64,000 nucleotides of DNA, taken from the NCBI RefSeq assembly GCF_964213995.1, contig NW_027590121.1:558001-622000 (forward strand). Reading direction: 5' to 3'. Under the pieces are notes generated by a model that saw only the letters and a program-made list of their open reading frames with translations, made no database searches and was not told the DNA's origin. Numbering within the stretch: position 1 is the first letter of the stretch; each line of letters begins with the position of its first letter. Made by a program: the position numbers and the translations under genes. Positions 48,993 through 61,870 of the stretch are shown in pieces. The stretch comes from Mustelus asterias (taxonomy: Eukaryota).

Positions 48993-49959
48993 AGTGGGGA
49001 GAAGCCACAGGGGCTGACCATGTACAACTCCACCCCACAAGGAAAATCATCAATTCTTATACAGTTACTCAGCCCATCCCAGCTGGACACAATCCAATCA
49101 GAATGGTTATAGATTACATACATTATATATAGGTCCAATTAAATTAGTATCTGGGCATCATGGGGCTTTGCGATGATCTCATGAACAGATCGGTGCCCCC
49201 ATCATGATGTTTTCCAGACCCCCTTATCTACCATCCCTGGGCTTTCTTTGTACATCGACTCTCTTAGTTTGAAAAGCGTGGATTAAAAGTTCTCAAATGG
49301 ATATCAGTGCCCTTCCTTTGTTTTAATCGAACAACCACACGGTCTGGGAATCATTTCTATTTATAATCTCTCCTTTTAAACTCTTTCCTTCAGTATCCAA
49401 TTTCCTTTTCATTGTGTTAATTGCATCAGGAATAGATCTTTGGACCTGACAGGAGGTTTAACCCAAGATCAATCCAACACAGGATTGGTCAGAATCATTT
49501 CACATGTCCCAAATTTTAAATAACTATTACAAATTAAAACTCTCATTCTCACAGGTGTGAATTTATCCGGATTAACATTCCCACATGTTCAGTAAAATGT
49601 CCTGGAAACATATCCCTGGCCAGTAAATATGGGTCCAGGTTCATAACTTTTGAAAAAAAAGTTTTATTAATCACACTTCCATTTTAAAGTCCATTTGATT
49701 TAAATCACAGACACAAAACCTCAAAGCTTGAAGCGTTCAACACACAAATATCATACATACACAAGCAGAGAGTCTTAGCATGTGCTTTACAACAACAATA
49801 ACCAAAATTAATTCCTTAAGCGTTCTTGTGGTTCTGTTTTTAAACTTTCAGGAATGCCTTTAATTAAATACTCAAGGTAAGGTTAATTCCCCAGAAAGAT
49901 AAACCTTAGCAAATGTAGCCCAAAACAATGATAAAACACATTTACAAACATCCACATAA

Positions 49960-50362
49960 AACAAGAGATGGGTGAGATCCTAAATGAATATTTCTCATCA
50001 GTGTTTACTGTTGAGAAAAGCATGGATGTTTCGGGAACTCGGGGAAATAAATAGTGATGTCCTGAGGAGTGTACATATCACAGAGAAGGAGGTGCTGGAA
50101 ATTTTAAAGTGCATCAAGGTAGATAAATCCCTGGGATCTGATGAAGTGTATCCCAGGTCACTTTGGGAGACGAGGGAGAAAATTGTGGGTCCCCGAGCAG
50201 AGATATTTCAATCATCGATAATCACAGGTGAGGTGCCTGGAGGTTGGAGGGTGGAAAATGTTGTGCCTTTGTTTAAAAAGGGCTGCAGAGAAAAGCCTGG
50301 GAACTACAGGCCAGTGAGCCTCACATCTGTAGTGGGTAAGTTGTTGGAAGGTATTTTGAGAG
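49960..50362 (+). mobile_element. CR1 ORF2 internal fragment
   Basis: KVDKSLGSDEVYPR..VVPLFKKGCREKPGNYRPVSLTSVVGKLLE. Confidence 0.85.
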
Positions 50363-50364
50363 GA

Positions 50365-50563
50365 TCTAATCAAGTCTTAAAGATACAGACACTGTGAGTG
50401 GAGAGAGGGCTAAGCACAGGTTAAAGAGATGTGTATTGTCTCCAGACAGGACAGTTAGTGAGATTTTGCAAGCCCAGGCAAGTCGTAGGGGTTACAGATA
50501 GTGTGACATGAACCCAAGATCCCAGTTGAGGCCGTCCTCATGTGTGCGGAACTTGGCGATCAG
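50365..50563 (-). mobile_element. Penelope fragment (ORF C-terminus)
   Basis: Minus strand LIAKFRTHEDGLN.DLGFMSHY; matches 55300-55480. Confidence 0.7.
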
Positions 50564-50564
50564 T

Positions 50565-51698
50565 CTCAGGGGAGGTCCCAGAGGATTGGAGAGTAGCCAA
50601 TTTTGTTCCTTTGTTTAAGAAGGGTGGCAAGAATAATCCAGGTAATTACAGGCCGGTGAGCCTTACATCAGTGGTCGGGAAATTACTGGAGAGGATTCTT
50701 CAAGACAGCATTTATTCCCACTTGGAAATAAGTGGACGTATTAGTGAGAGTCAACATGGTTTTGTGAAGGGGAGGTCGTGTCTCACTAACTTGATCGAGT
50801 TTTTCGAGGAAGTGACGAAGATGATTGATGAGGATAGGGCAGTGGATGTTGTCTGCATGGACTTCAGTAAAGCCTTTGACAAGGTCCCTCATGGCAGACT
50901 GGTGCAGAAGGTAAAGTTGCATGGGATCAGAGGTGAGCTGGCTACGTGGATACAAAACTGCTCGGTCAAAGACAGAGGGTAGCAGTGGAAGGGTGCATTT
51001 CTGAATGGAGGACTGTGACAAGTGGCGTCCCTCAGGGATCAGTGCTGGGACCTTTGCTGTTTGTTATATATATATATATAAATGATTTGGAGGAAAATGT
51101 AACTGGATTGATTAGTAAGTTTGCAGATGACACAAAGGTTAGTGGATTTCCAGATAGCGATGAGGACCATCAGAGGATACAGCAGGATATAGATCAGTTG
51201 GAGACTTGGGCGGAGAGGTGGCAGATGGAGTTTAATCCGGACAAATGTGAGATAATGCATTTTGGAAGGTCTAATCCAAAAAGGAAATGTACAGTAAATG
51301 GCAGAACCCTTAAAATAGGTCAAGGGACCTGGGTGTACAGGTACACAGGTCACTGAAAGTGGCAATGCAGGTGGAGAAGGTAGTCAAGAAGGCATACGGC
51401 ATGCTTGCCTTCATCGGCCGGGGCATTGAGTTTAAAAATTGGCAAGTCATGTTGCAGCTTTATAGAAGCTTAGTTAGGCTGCACTTGGAATATAGTGTTC
51501 AATTCTGGTCACCACACTACCAGAAGGATATGGAGGCTTTGGAGAGGGTACAGAAAAGATTTACCAGGATGTTGCCTGGTATGGAGGGCATTAGCTATGA
51601 GGAGAGGTTGGAGAAACGTGGGTTGTTCTCACTGGAACAGCAGAGTTGAGGGGTGACCTGATAGAAGTTTACAAGATTATGAGAGGCATGGACAGAGT
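50565..51698 (+). mobile_element. CR1 LINE RT fragment
   Basis: Frameshifted ORFs 50542, 50946 and 51359 with RT motifs. Confidence 0.9.
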
Positions 51699-51714
51699 TC
51701 ATGCTGCACTATAT

Positions 51715-52222
51715 AATTATGCCGCACTATATTCCAAGTGTGGCCTAATTAAGGTTTTATAAAGCTGCAACATGATTTGCCAATTTTTACATTCAATGCC
51801 CCAGCCGATGAAGGCAAGCATGCCATATGCCTTCTTCACTACCTTCTCCAACTGTGTTGCCACTTTCAGTAACCTGTGTACCTGTACACCCAGTTCCCTC
51901 TGCCTATCAATACCCTGCAGGGTTCTGCCATTTACTGTATATTTCCTATCTGTATTAGACCTTCCAACATGCATTACCTCACATTTATCCGGATTAAACT
52001 CCATCTGCCATCTCTCCGCCCAACTGATGTATATCCTGCTGTATCCTCTGATGGTCCTCATCGCTATCCGCAAATCCAACAACCTTTGTGTCGTCCACAT
52101 TTTCCTCCAAATCATTTATATATATTACAAACAGCAAAGGTCCCAGCACTGATCCCTGCGGGATGCCACTAGTCACAGCCCTCCATTCAGAAACGCATTG
52201 TTTCACTGCTACCCTCTGTCTT
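51715..52222 (-). mobile_element. CR1 LINE RT fragment, inverted relative to its neighbour
   Basis: Same subfamily as about 50970-51500, opposite strand. Confidence 0.88.
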
Positions 52223-52465
52223 CTGCTGACTAAATATTTCTGAACTTCTTAACACCCTGTCACTCTGTCACCCTGTCACTCTGAGATCCTTGTGACATTT
52301 GACTCAAAGAGCATCAGCCCACTGGAGGCAAAGTCATGTGACCAGCCAGTCCAGCAGAAAGAAACCCTCTGACCCAATCCATGGATCAACTGTGAGAATG
52401 AACAAAATGCAATCCTGGATGCAACTGAGAGCAGAAACAATAACAGCAGAATCCAAACCCTGGAA

Positions 52466-53308
52466 TCACTCGTGAACTTGCTGGTGTCTCAGCAGCCGGG
52501 ATGAAACTGTGAATCCCTTCCCACACTGAGAGCAGGTGAATGGTTTCTCCCCAGTGTGAACTCGCTGGTGTGTCCGCAGGTCGGCTGACTGAGTGAATCC
52601 GTTTCCACACTGAGAGCAGGTGAACGGCCTCTCTCCAGTGTGAACTCGCTGGTGTCTCTGCAGGTCGGCTGACTGAGTGAATCCCTTCCCACACTGAGAG
52701 CAGGTGAACGGCCTCTCCCCAGTGTGAACTCGCTGGTGTCTCTGCAGGTCGGCTGACCGAGTGAATTCCTGCCCACACTGGGAGCAGGTGAATGGTCTCT
52801 CCCCAGTGTGAACTCGCTGGTGTGTCCGCAGATGCGACGACTGAGTGAATCCCTCCCCACACTGAGAGCAGGTGAATGGCCTCTCTCCAGTGTGAACTCG
52901 CTGGTGTGACTGCAGGTTGGATGACTGAGTGAATTCCTGCCCACACTGGGAGCAGGTGAATGGCCTCTCCCCAGTGTGAACTCGCTGGTGTGTCTGCAGG
53001 TGGGATGACTGAGTAAATCCCTCCCCACACTGAGAGCAGGTGAATGGTTTCTCCCCACTGTGAACTCGCTGGTGTGTCCGCAGGTTGGATAACTGAGTGA
53101 ATCCCTTCCCACACTGAGAGCAGGTGAATGGCCTCTCCCCAGTGTGAACTCGCTGGTGCATCTGTAGGCTGGATAAATGATTAAATCCCTTCTTACACTG
53201 AGAGCAGATGAATGGCTTCTCCCCAGTATGGCTGCGCCGATGAATTTCCAGCTTAGATGGTGCTCCATATCCCTTCCCACAGTCCACACATTTCCATGGT
53301 TTCTCCAT
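52466..53308 (-). CDS. C2H2 zinc-finger protein, 10 fingers (ZNF-10)
   Basis: Intact 280-aa ORF, ACCATGG start, nine CSQC fingers; acceptor at about 53628. Confidence 0.9.
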   Translation of the reverse strand: MEKPWKCVDCGKGYGAPSKLEIHRRSHTGEKPFICSQCKKGFNHLSSLQMHQRVHTGERPFTCSQCGKGFTQLSNLRTHQRVHSGEKPFTCSQCGEGFTQSSHLQTHQRVHTGERPFTCSQCGQEFTQSSNLQSHQRVHTGERPFTCSQCGEGFTQSSHLRTHQRVHTGERPFTCSQCGQEFTRSADLQRHQRVHTGERPFTCSQCGKGFTQSADLQRHQRVHTGERPFTCSQCGNGFTQSADLRTHQRVHTGEKPFTCSQCGKGFTVSSRLLRHQQVHE

Positions 53309-53729
53309 GGTGCAGGTGTCCTTGCCTCAGTTGCAGCCTTGTCCACACACAGAACACAAGTACAGTCTCTCCCAGCTGCGAATGGTGTGATATTTATTCA
53401 GGCTGTGTAACTGGTTAAAGCTCTTTAGTCAGTGCACTGGAACACTGTTGGTGTGTTGGTGCTTTTCCAGTCACAGTGATGTTTGAAATCTTTTCAAATC
53501 GACAGACTGTACAATCATTTCTCCTTCTAGATTCAAAGGCCGATGATATTTAGCTCCCAAGGAATATGACTGTCATGTCTCGATGTGACTTTTGAGATTT
53601 CTGCCCGTGATTCCTCTTTCAATATCCTGTAAAACAAGTTTTAAAGAGTAATCAGTGTCAGAACAGAATAGAAATTCAGAACAGAAAATTCTAGTTTCTA
53701 TGGAACATTCTTTCCTCTCTCATTCCCCA

Positions 53730-53989
53730 TACCTGCTGGGGGGTCGGTACAGGGGAAATGTTAGGGGGAAGTTTTTCACACAGAGGGTGGTGGGCGAGTG
53801 GAATCGGCTGCTGTCAGTGGTGGTGGAGGCAAAATCAATAGGGATTTTTAAGAGACTCCTGGATGAGTACATGGGACTTAATAGGATGGAGGGTTACAGG
53901 TAGGCCTAAAAGGTAGGGATATGTTCGGCACAACTTGTGGGGCCGAAGGGCCTATTTTGTGCTGTAGTTTTTCCATGTTTCTATGTTCT
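53730..53989 (+). mobile_element. CR1 3' end inserted in the ZNF-10 intron module
   Basis: Nearly identical to 6980-7229; splits CATTCCCC/AAAAGCTGTGA of the conserved intron module. Confidence 0.85.
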
Positions 53990-54599
53990 AAAAGCTGTGA
54001 ATCTCCATCCCACACACTCTCCCTCCATTCTCACTCTGCTGTATCTAATATTCACCCCTTCCAATTCTCCTCAAGGTGCTGATTGAAGCTGATTGACAGA
54101 TCCATGCTCACTGCTTCCACTCCAGCACATAGAAATCATAAGAAATAGAAGCAACAGTTGGCCATTCAGCCCAATGGCCAACCATTGCCTCAACCATTCA
54201 TTGGGAATTGGCTGATCTACCTCAGCGCCATTTCCCACATTATCTCCCAGATCACCCAATGTCCTCAATATCTCAAAATTTATCAATCTCCAGCTTGAAA
54301 ATTCTTGATGACTGAGGCTCCACAGTCCTCTGGGGTGCAGAATTCCAAAACGTCACCACATCCTTGAGTGAGGAAATCCCTCCTCATCTTAACTTTCTCT
54401 CCATTTTCCACCTGTTCCCCAAAGCGCTTGACTCCTTTATCAATCAAAAATCAGTCTAACTCACCCTGGAATATATTCAATGACCCTCAGCCTCCACTGA
54501 TCCCTGTGGAGAAGAAATCCAAAGACTCGAATAGGCAAGAGATGAATGACTGGAAATATATAATGTAGCGACAGTACAATATTAGTCTGTTTTAAGCTC

Positions 54600-55020
54600 A
54601 ATCTTCATCCAGAGAGAGAGGAGCAACAATGGAGGAAGCTCCATACGGCCATGCACACAAGTCCCGGACTCTGATTGGCTGGAGGACCAGCGCCCATCCG
54701 GTCCTCCACACGTTCCCATTGGTCAATCTGCCGCATGTAGACAATAAGGGGGCGGAACCGGGGCCCACGTGGGGGTGGGCGGGGCTTTGACCGCCTGCTG
54801 CGCTGAGCTGGTGTCCAATCCGCAGTGTGCTGCTTCTGTAACCAGTGACATTGCTGCCAATGGGACACTGTGTGCTGGGAACGCCCCTCTGAGTCATTGT
54901 GACGGCACAATGGAGCCCTGCCTGAATCAGCCAATAGCAATCACTCTGCTCCGCGGTGACGTCTCCGGGTTCAGGCGCGCGGACCCGGGAGCCCCGCCCC
55001 CACCCATTGTTCCCCAGTCT
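54600..55020. promoter_or_regulatory. CpG-rich promoter of ZNF-10
   Basis: ATTGG/CCAAT boxes, GC boxes, TGACGT; blocks paralogous to 23500-23580 and 23775-23830. Confidence 0.65.
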
Positions 55021-55113
55021 GTACATTCCACACATTGTTAGTCCAGTCAGATAGACATATATCTGTCTGGCAGCCTGCATGGAGATTTCCAGCTCTCTGT
55101 TTCCAGGACAGGA

Positions 55114-55484
55114 TAAACACAGTAAGAAGTTTAACAACACCAGGTTGAAGTCCAACAAGTTTATTTGGTAGCAAATACCACTAGCTTTCAGAGCGCTGCC
55201 ACTTCGTCAGGTGGAGTGGAGAAATGCTCACAAACAGGGCATACAGAGACACAAACTCAATTTACAGAATAATGATTGGAATGCAGTCTTTACAGATAAT
55301 CAAGTCTTAAAGGTACAAACAATGTGAATGGAGGGAGCATTAAGCACAGGTTAAAGACAGGACAGCCAGTGAGATTCTGCAAGTCCAGACAAGCTGTGGG
55401 GGTTACAGATAGTGTGACAGGAATCCAAGATCCCGGTTGAGGCCGTCCTCATGTGTGCGGAACTTGGCTATCAGTTTCTGCTCA
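55114..55484 (-). mobile_element. Penelope (second family) 3' end with 12-bp TSD
   Basis: TCCAGGACAGGA at 55102-55113 and 55485-55496; hammerhead core at about 55178-55214 on the minus strand. Confidence 0.8.
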
Positions 55485-56012
55485 TCCAGGACAGGAAGCA
55501 TGAGCATGGATATGTCCATAGAACGGGTAAGGGTTTGCTCTGCAGAGAGCCAGCATTGAATCAGTGGCCCGAATGGCCCCATTCCAAGCCCTGATGTCTG
55601 ACTGATCTAAAGAGAGAAATTTCAGCTGCTCCAGTCTCTCCAACTAACTGAATTGCCTCATCATAGAATCGTACAGTGCAGAAAAGGCCCTTCAGCCCAT
55701 CGAGTCTGCACCGACATGCAAGAAACGCCTGACTTCCCACCTAATCCTATTTACCAGCACCTGGCCCATCATCTTAAATGTTCTGACTTGCCAAGTGCTG
55801 GTCCAGGTACTTTTTAAGGATGTGAGGTGCCATTCTCGCAAATCTCCTCTGCATCCTCTCTAAGAACTTCACATCTTCCCTCAAGTCTGAGGCCCACATA
55901 CAGAGTTCCATTCTCGAGGGATAGAATCGAACAGCAGGGAGGTTATGTTCGACTTGATTAGAAGCGTGATTATACGACACTGGGAATACTGTCAACAGTT
56001 GTGATCTCCATT

Positions 56013-56290
56013 TAGAATCATAGAATCCCTCCAGTGCGGAAGGAGGCCATTCAGCCCAATTGAGTCTGTACTGACTCTCCAAAAGTTCATCCCAGCCAGG
56101 TCTATTCCACCCGAGCCTCGAACCCCGCATATTTGCCATAGCTAATCTATCTAACCTGCACATCGTTGGACTGTGGGTGGAAACCGGAGCACCTGCAGGA
56201 AAAATGTGCAAACTTCACACAAACAGTCACCCAAGGCCAGAATCAAACACGTCTCCCTGGATTTGTGAGGCAGCAGTGCTAACCACTGTA
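56013..56290 (-). mobile_element. HE1/V-SINE-like SINE
   Basis: Reverse-complement copy, degenerate. Confidence 0.75.
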
Positions 56291-56799
56291 GAAATAAAAG
56301 CACTGGAGAAGGGGCAAAAAAAGTCACAAGAATAATCCCAGAACTGAGAGCATTTAACCCTCAGGAAAGGCTGGGGCTGCTGATTGTTACAAAGACATTA
56401 TCAGTTTAAAAAATGTTTATTTTTGATCTGTTACATTGTTCCAATTTGGCTGTACACTGCCCAATTCTGGAACCCAAATTGTCCTTTTAAAGGGTTTGAA
56501 TTTGGCAGAGATATAACCATCAAGCAAAGACTCAGACACCAAATCAGTCAATTGTATCAAAGTTTATTGATTACATGCAACTTTTAGAAACTGATCGGGT
56601 CAAGTTTACTCATCAATGAAACTCTACCAACTCCACACTTTCAAGTCAGTGATCGATCCAAGAGAAGTGGACGACAATGTGAAATCCTGGGGCTGACAGA
56701 GAAACAGTCACTGCCTCTGAGAAGCACGGACGGCACCTTCCTGGGGTTTCGAATAGCAGGGAACCCTTCACTGAACCATTCCCAGGACTAACTACTCAT

Positions 56800-58610
56800 C
56801 TTTTTTTTATTCATTCGTGGGACATGAGCGTCACTGGCTGGCCGGCATTTATTGCCCATCCCTAGTTGCCCTTGAGAAGGTGGTGGTGAGCTGCCTCTTG
56901 AATCGCTGCAGTCCATGTGCTGTGGGTTGACCCACAATGCCGCTAGGGAGGGAATACCAGGATTTTGACCCAGTGACGGCGAAGGAACAGCGATATATTT
57001 CCAAGTCAGGATGGTGAATGGCTTGGAGGGGAACTTGCAGGTGGTGGTGTTCCCATGTATCTGCTGCCTTGTCCTTCTAGATGGAAGTGGTCATGGGTTT
57101 GGAAGGTGCTGTCTGAGGATCTTTGGTGAATTGCTGCAGTGCAGATAGTACACACTGCTGCTACTGAGTGCGGTGGTGGAGGGAGTGGATGTTTGTAGAT
57201 GTGGTGTCAATCTATGGGCTGCACGATGGTGCAGTGGTTCACACCGCTGCCTCACAGCGCCAGGGCCTGGGTTCGATTCCCGGCTTGGGTCACTGTCTGT
57301 ATGGAGTTTGCACATTCTCCCCGTGTCTGCGTGGGTTTCCTCCGGGTGCTCCAGTTTCCTCCCACATTCTGAAAGACGTGCTGGTTAGGTGCATTGACCC
57401 AAACAGGCGCCGGACTGTGGCAATTAGGGGAATTTCACAGTAACTTCGTTGCAGTGTTAATGTAAGCCTTACTTGTGACGAATAAATAAACTTTAAAACT
57501 TTAAAAGTGGGGAATATTCCATCACACTCCTGACTTGTGCCTTGTAGATGGTGGATAGGCTCTGCGGAGTCAGGAGGTGAGTTACTCTCCACAGTATTCC
57601 TCGCCTCTGACCTGCTCTTGCAGCCACTGTGTTAATGTGGTGAGTCCAGTTGAGTTTCTGGTCAATGGTAACCCCAAGGATGTTGACAGTGGGGGATTCA
57701 GTGATGGTTACACCATTGAATGTCAAGGAGCGATGGTTAGATTGTCTCTTATTGGTGATGGTCATTGCCTGCCATTAAATGTTACTGCCACTTGTCAGCC
57801 CAAGCCTGAATATTGTCCAGATCATGTTGAATTTGAACATGGACAGCTTCGGTGTCTGAGGGGTCATGAATAGTGAACATTGTGCAACCATCGGCGAACA
57901 TCCCCAATTCTAACCTTATGATGGATGAAAGGTCATTGATGATGCAGCTGAAATGGTTGGGCCAAGGACACTACCCCGAGGGACTCATGCAGAGATGTCC
58001 TGGAGCTGAGATGACTGACACTCCAAAACCACAACCATCTTCCTATGTACCAGGTATGATTCCAACCAGCGGAGAGTTTGCCTCCTGATACCCATTGATT
58101 CCAGTTTCGCGAGGGCTCCTTGATGCCGCACTCGGTCAAATGTGGCCTTGATGTCAAGGACTTTCACTCTCACCTCACCTCTGGGATTCAGCTCTTTGGT
58201 CCATGTTTGAACCAAGGCTGTAATGAGGTTGGGAGCTGACCCTAGTGAAACCCAAACTGGGCGTCACTGAGCAGGTTATTGCTGAGCAGGTGCTGCTTGA
58301 TAGCACTGTTGATGACCCCTTCCATCACTTTCCTGATGATCAAGAGTAGACTGATTGGGCGGTATTTGGCCGGGTTGGATTTGTCCTGCTTTTTGCGTTC
58401 AGGGCAATTTTCCACATTGCCGGGTAGATGCCAGTGTTGCAATTGTACTGGAAGAGCTTGGCTATGGAACGGGCAAGTTCTGGAGCACAAGTCTGGAATG
58501 TTATCAGGGCCCATTGCCTTAGCAGTATCCAGTGCCTCCAACTGTTTCTTGATATCATGTGGAGTGGATCGACTTGGCTGGAGACTGGCATCTGAGATGT
58601 TGGGGACCAC
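56800..58610 (-). mobile_element. CR1/L2-group LINE whose tail matches the Deu-SINE tail
   Basis: KAMGPDNIP, NPAKYRPISLL, LDIKATFDRV, ILGVTIDQKLNW; 3' tail GGGATGGGCAATAAATGC. Confidence 0.85.
57217..57505 (+). mobile_element. V-SINE variant with an alternative 3' tail
   Basis: V-SINE head and centre, but tail CACAGTAACTT..AATGTAAGCC..TTGTGAC, also seen at about 39810 (-) and 47070 (+). Confidence 0.75.
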
Positions 58611-59655
58611 TGGGACCCGCTCTTCGCTCCAATGCATCATGAATTTAGGCTTGCTATTTTTCACATGTAACTATTCATATCTGCACACTCACACCCGTAT
58701 CCCAAAATCATGTCACACATTCTTAACTCTCAGATGTGCTGATGAAAAGATCAAAGTGAGTGTCTGTCTTTCTTATCTCCTGCTGTTCTGGTGCTGATAT
58801 TTCATGTAGTGGCCGGACTTTTAAATGTGGATTTCTTTAAAACAAAGTTCATGGACAAGGATGTAAGTATTTCCAAGAGAAAGTGATCAACTTATTCATC
58901 CCATTTACACATTCCAGACTTTCTCAAGAATGTAGGTGGATACCAGATTGATATATTCCATTCAACCACACCCAAGGTGAGTTATTCCAATTCCCTTATT
59001 GTCCAGGACAATATATTCACAATATCTTTAACACAGAAATTCAACATTTCCATTTGATTTCAGGGATTAACATATTCTGTTTGTTCTTTATTGTCGATGT
59101 CAGGTTGGGGTTGTTCCCATTGAAGCAACGGAGGTTGAGGGGAGATTTGATAGAGGTGGACAAAATTCTGACAGGTTAAATAAGGTGGACAAAGAAAAGC
59201 TGTTCTCATTAGCTGATGGGACAAGGATGAGGGGGACAGAGATTTAAGTTTTGGGTCAGAGATGCGGGGGGGTGGGGGATGTGAGGAAGAATATTTTGAT
59301 GCAGCGAATGGGATGACCTGGAACTCGCTGCCTACGAGGGTGGAGGAAGTGGAGACAATAAACAATTACAAAGGAAATTGGATGGGCATTTGGGAGGTTT
59401 CAAACAGAAATGCTGACTAAATAGCTCTGAACTTCCTCACACCATCACACTGTGATCCGTGTGAAATCTGAAACCAGGTATTTGCAACAAGACTCAAAGA
59501 GCATCAGCCCACTGGAGGCAAAGTCATAAGACCGGCCAGCCCAGCAGAAAGAAACCCCCCGACCCTCCCCATTGACCAACTGTGAGAATGAACAAAATGC
59601 AGTCCTGGATGTAATTGAGAGCAGAAACAACAACAGCAGAATCCAACCCGTGTGA

Positions 59656-60246
59656 TCACTTGTGAACTCGCTGGTGTGTCTCCAGGTTAGATAACTGAGT
59701 GAATCCCTTCCCACACTGAGGGCAGGCGAACGGTCTCTCCCCAGTGTGAACTCGCTGGTGTCTCCGCAGGTGGAATGAAAGACTGAATCTCTTCTCACAC
59801 ACAGAGCAGGTGAATGGCCTCTCCCCAGTGTGAACTCGCTGGTGTGACTGCAGGGTGGATGACTGAGTGAATCCCTTCCCACACTGAGAGCAGGTGAACG
59901 GTCTCTCCCCAGTGTGAACTCGCTGGTGTGTCTGCAGGTTGGATAAATCTCTGAATCCCTTCCCACAGTGAGAGCAGGTGAATGGTCTCTCCCCAGTGTG
60001 ACCTCGCTGGTGTGTCTGCAGACTGGATGAATGACTGAATCCCTTCCCGCACTCAGAGCAGATGAAGGGTCTCTCCCCAGAGTGAACTCGCTGGTGTGAC
60101 TGGAGGATGGATAACCGAGTGAATCCTTTCCCACACCAAGAGCAGGTGAATGGCCTTTCTCCCGTATGAATGCGTCGATGAGCTTGCAGCTCTGATGGGG
60201 CTCTGTATCCCTTCCCGCAGTCCACACATATCCACGATTTTTCCAT
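59656..60246 (-). CDS. C2H2 zinc-finger protein, 7 fingers (ZNF-11)
   Basis: AACATGG start MEKSWIC; frame also open upstream through decayed fingers to 60429; acceptor at about 60570; putative intron 61861-60570. Confidence 0.85.
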   Translation of the reverse strand: MEKSWICVDCGKGYRAPSELQAHRRIHTGERPFTCSWCGKGFTRLSILQSHQRVHSGERPFICSECGKGFSHSSSLQTHQRGHTGERPFTCSHCGKGFRDLSNLQTHQRVHTGERPFTCSQCGKGFTQSSTLQSHQRVHTGERPFTCSVCEKRFSLSFHLRRHQRVHTGERPFACPQCGKGFTQLSNLETHQRVHK

Positions 60247-61181
60247 GTTTTGAGTCTCCTTGTATCCCTGCAGTTCAGACAACCTGTTGAAGCCGTGAAA
60301 ACAGGTGTGCGCTTTCTCCCCAGTGTGAATGGATGTCAGGCTGTGTAACTGGTGAAAGCTCTTTCCACAGTCAGTGCACTGGAACACTCTCACTCGGGTG
60401 TGTGTGTGTCTCGCTGCTTGTCCATCCACACTAATGTTTAGAATCTTTTGAAGTTGTCAGACCGGTCAAACATTTCTCTGATATTCATGTCCCAAGGAAT
60501 CGAGTGATTTTGTCCAAAATGCACATCACGTCTGAGATTTCTGTCAGTGATTTCTCCTCTTCCAATATCCTGTAAAAACAAGTTAGAAAACATTTCACTG
60601 TCAGTACAGGATAGAAATTCAAAACAGACAATTCAAGTTTCTATGGAATGTGCTTTCCTCTCTCATTCACCAAGAGCTGTAAATTCAGGCTGATTGACAG
60701 ACCCATGCTCACTGCTTCCTGCCCTGGACACAGATCTGAAGAAATAGTTGCTGCTGTTGACCATTCGGCCCATCGAGCCTGCTGAACCATTCAATGAGCT
60801 CACTGACCGATTTACCTCTGCCAGATTATTCCCCCATATCTCTTGATATCTTCAATGTCTAGAAATATATCAATCCCCTGCTTGAGCATACTTTATGACT
60901 AGGTTTCTGGGGTAGAGAATGCCAAAACTTCACCACATCCTCAAGTGAAGAAATCCCTCCTCATCTTAACTTTCTCTCCGTTTTCCCCATAACTCTTGAC
61001 TCTCTTGTCCCCTCAATGATATATTCAATGATCTTCAGCCTTCACTGGTCCCCAAGGAAGAGAAACCCAGATAGTACAACACTCTGACGGAAGAGATGAC
61101 TGGAAATATAGCTAAGGTACTACATTACACAGCAAGAAAAGACATTAACTATATTTTATTACAAGACAATAAATAATATAT

Positions 61182-61531
61182 GGGCGGCACGGTAGCACAG
61201 TGGTTAGCACTGCTGCTTCACAGCTCCAGGGACCTGGGTTCGATTCCCGGCTTGGGTCACTGTCTGTGTGGAGTTTGCACATTCTCCTCGTGTCTGCGTG
61301 GGTTTCCTCCGGGTGCTCCGGTTTCCTCCCACAGTCCAAAGATGTGTGGGTGAGGTTGATTGGCCATGCTAAAATTGCCCCTTAGTGTCCTGACATGCAT
61401 AGGTTAGAGGGATTAGTGGGTAAATGTGTCGGGATATGGGGGTAGGGCCTGGGTGGGATTATGGTTGGTGCAGACTCGATGGGCCAAATGGCCTCTTTCT
61501 GTACTGTAGGGTTTCTATGATTTCTATGATC
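61182..61531 (+). mobile_element. HE1/V-SINE-like SINE, full length
   Basis: Near-identical to 184-533. Confidence 0.9.
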
Positions 61532-61870
61532 TGATATGGACCATTTAATAACAGTAGACATATCTCTGTCCTATATTAATTTACTGTCTCCTTAAATGTC
61601 AGCCATCGCCTGGGGAAATCAGCCCTTTAATTGTGAACATTAGAAAAGAGACCATCCTTTTAGACAAACAAATAAATGTGTCAAGCTGAGGAAGCAAAGG
61701 ATGTCAATGTCTTTAAGAGAGAGAGAAACCTGGGCCAACCTTTCCAGGATCTGCAGCCTCCCTGGATTCACTTCCTTTCCCTTCAGTTGCTGCAAGTCCC
61801 CAATTTCCCCCAGAATGAGAAAAGAAATGGAAAGGGGGAGAAAAGAAAATGTTTCACTCACAGATGTTGG

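Noticed and set aside
49960-50362. CR1 piece ends where the 34475 copy begins (GAAGGTATTTTGAGAG)
   Set aside because: Could be a split element, but there is no TSD or other evidence; coincidence among many copies is plausible
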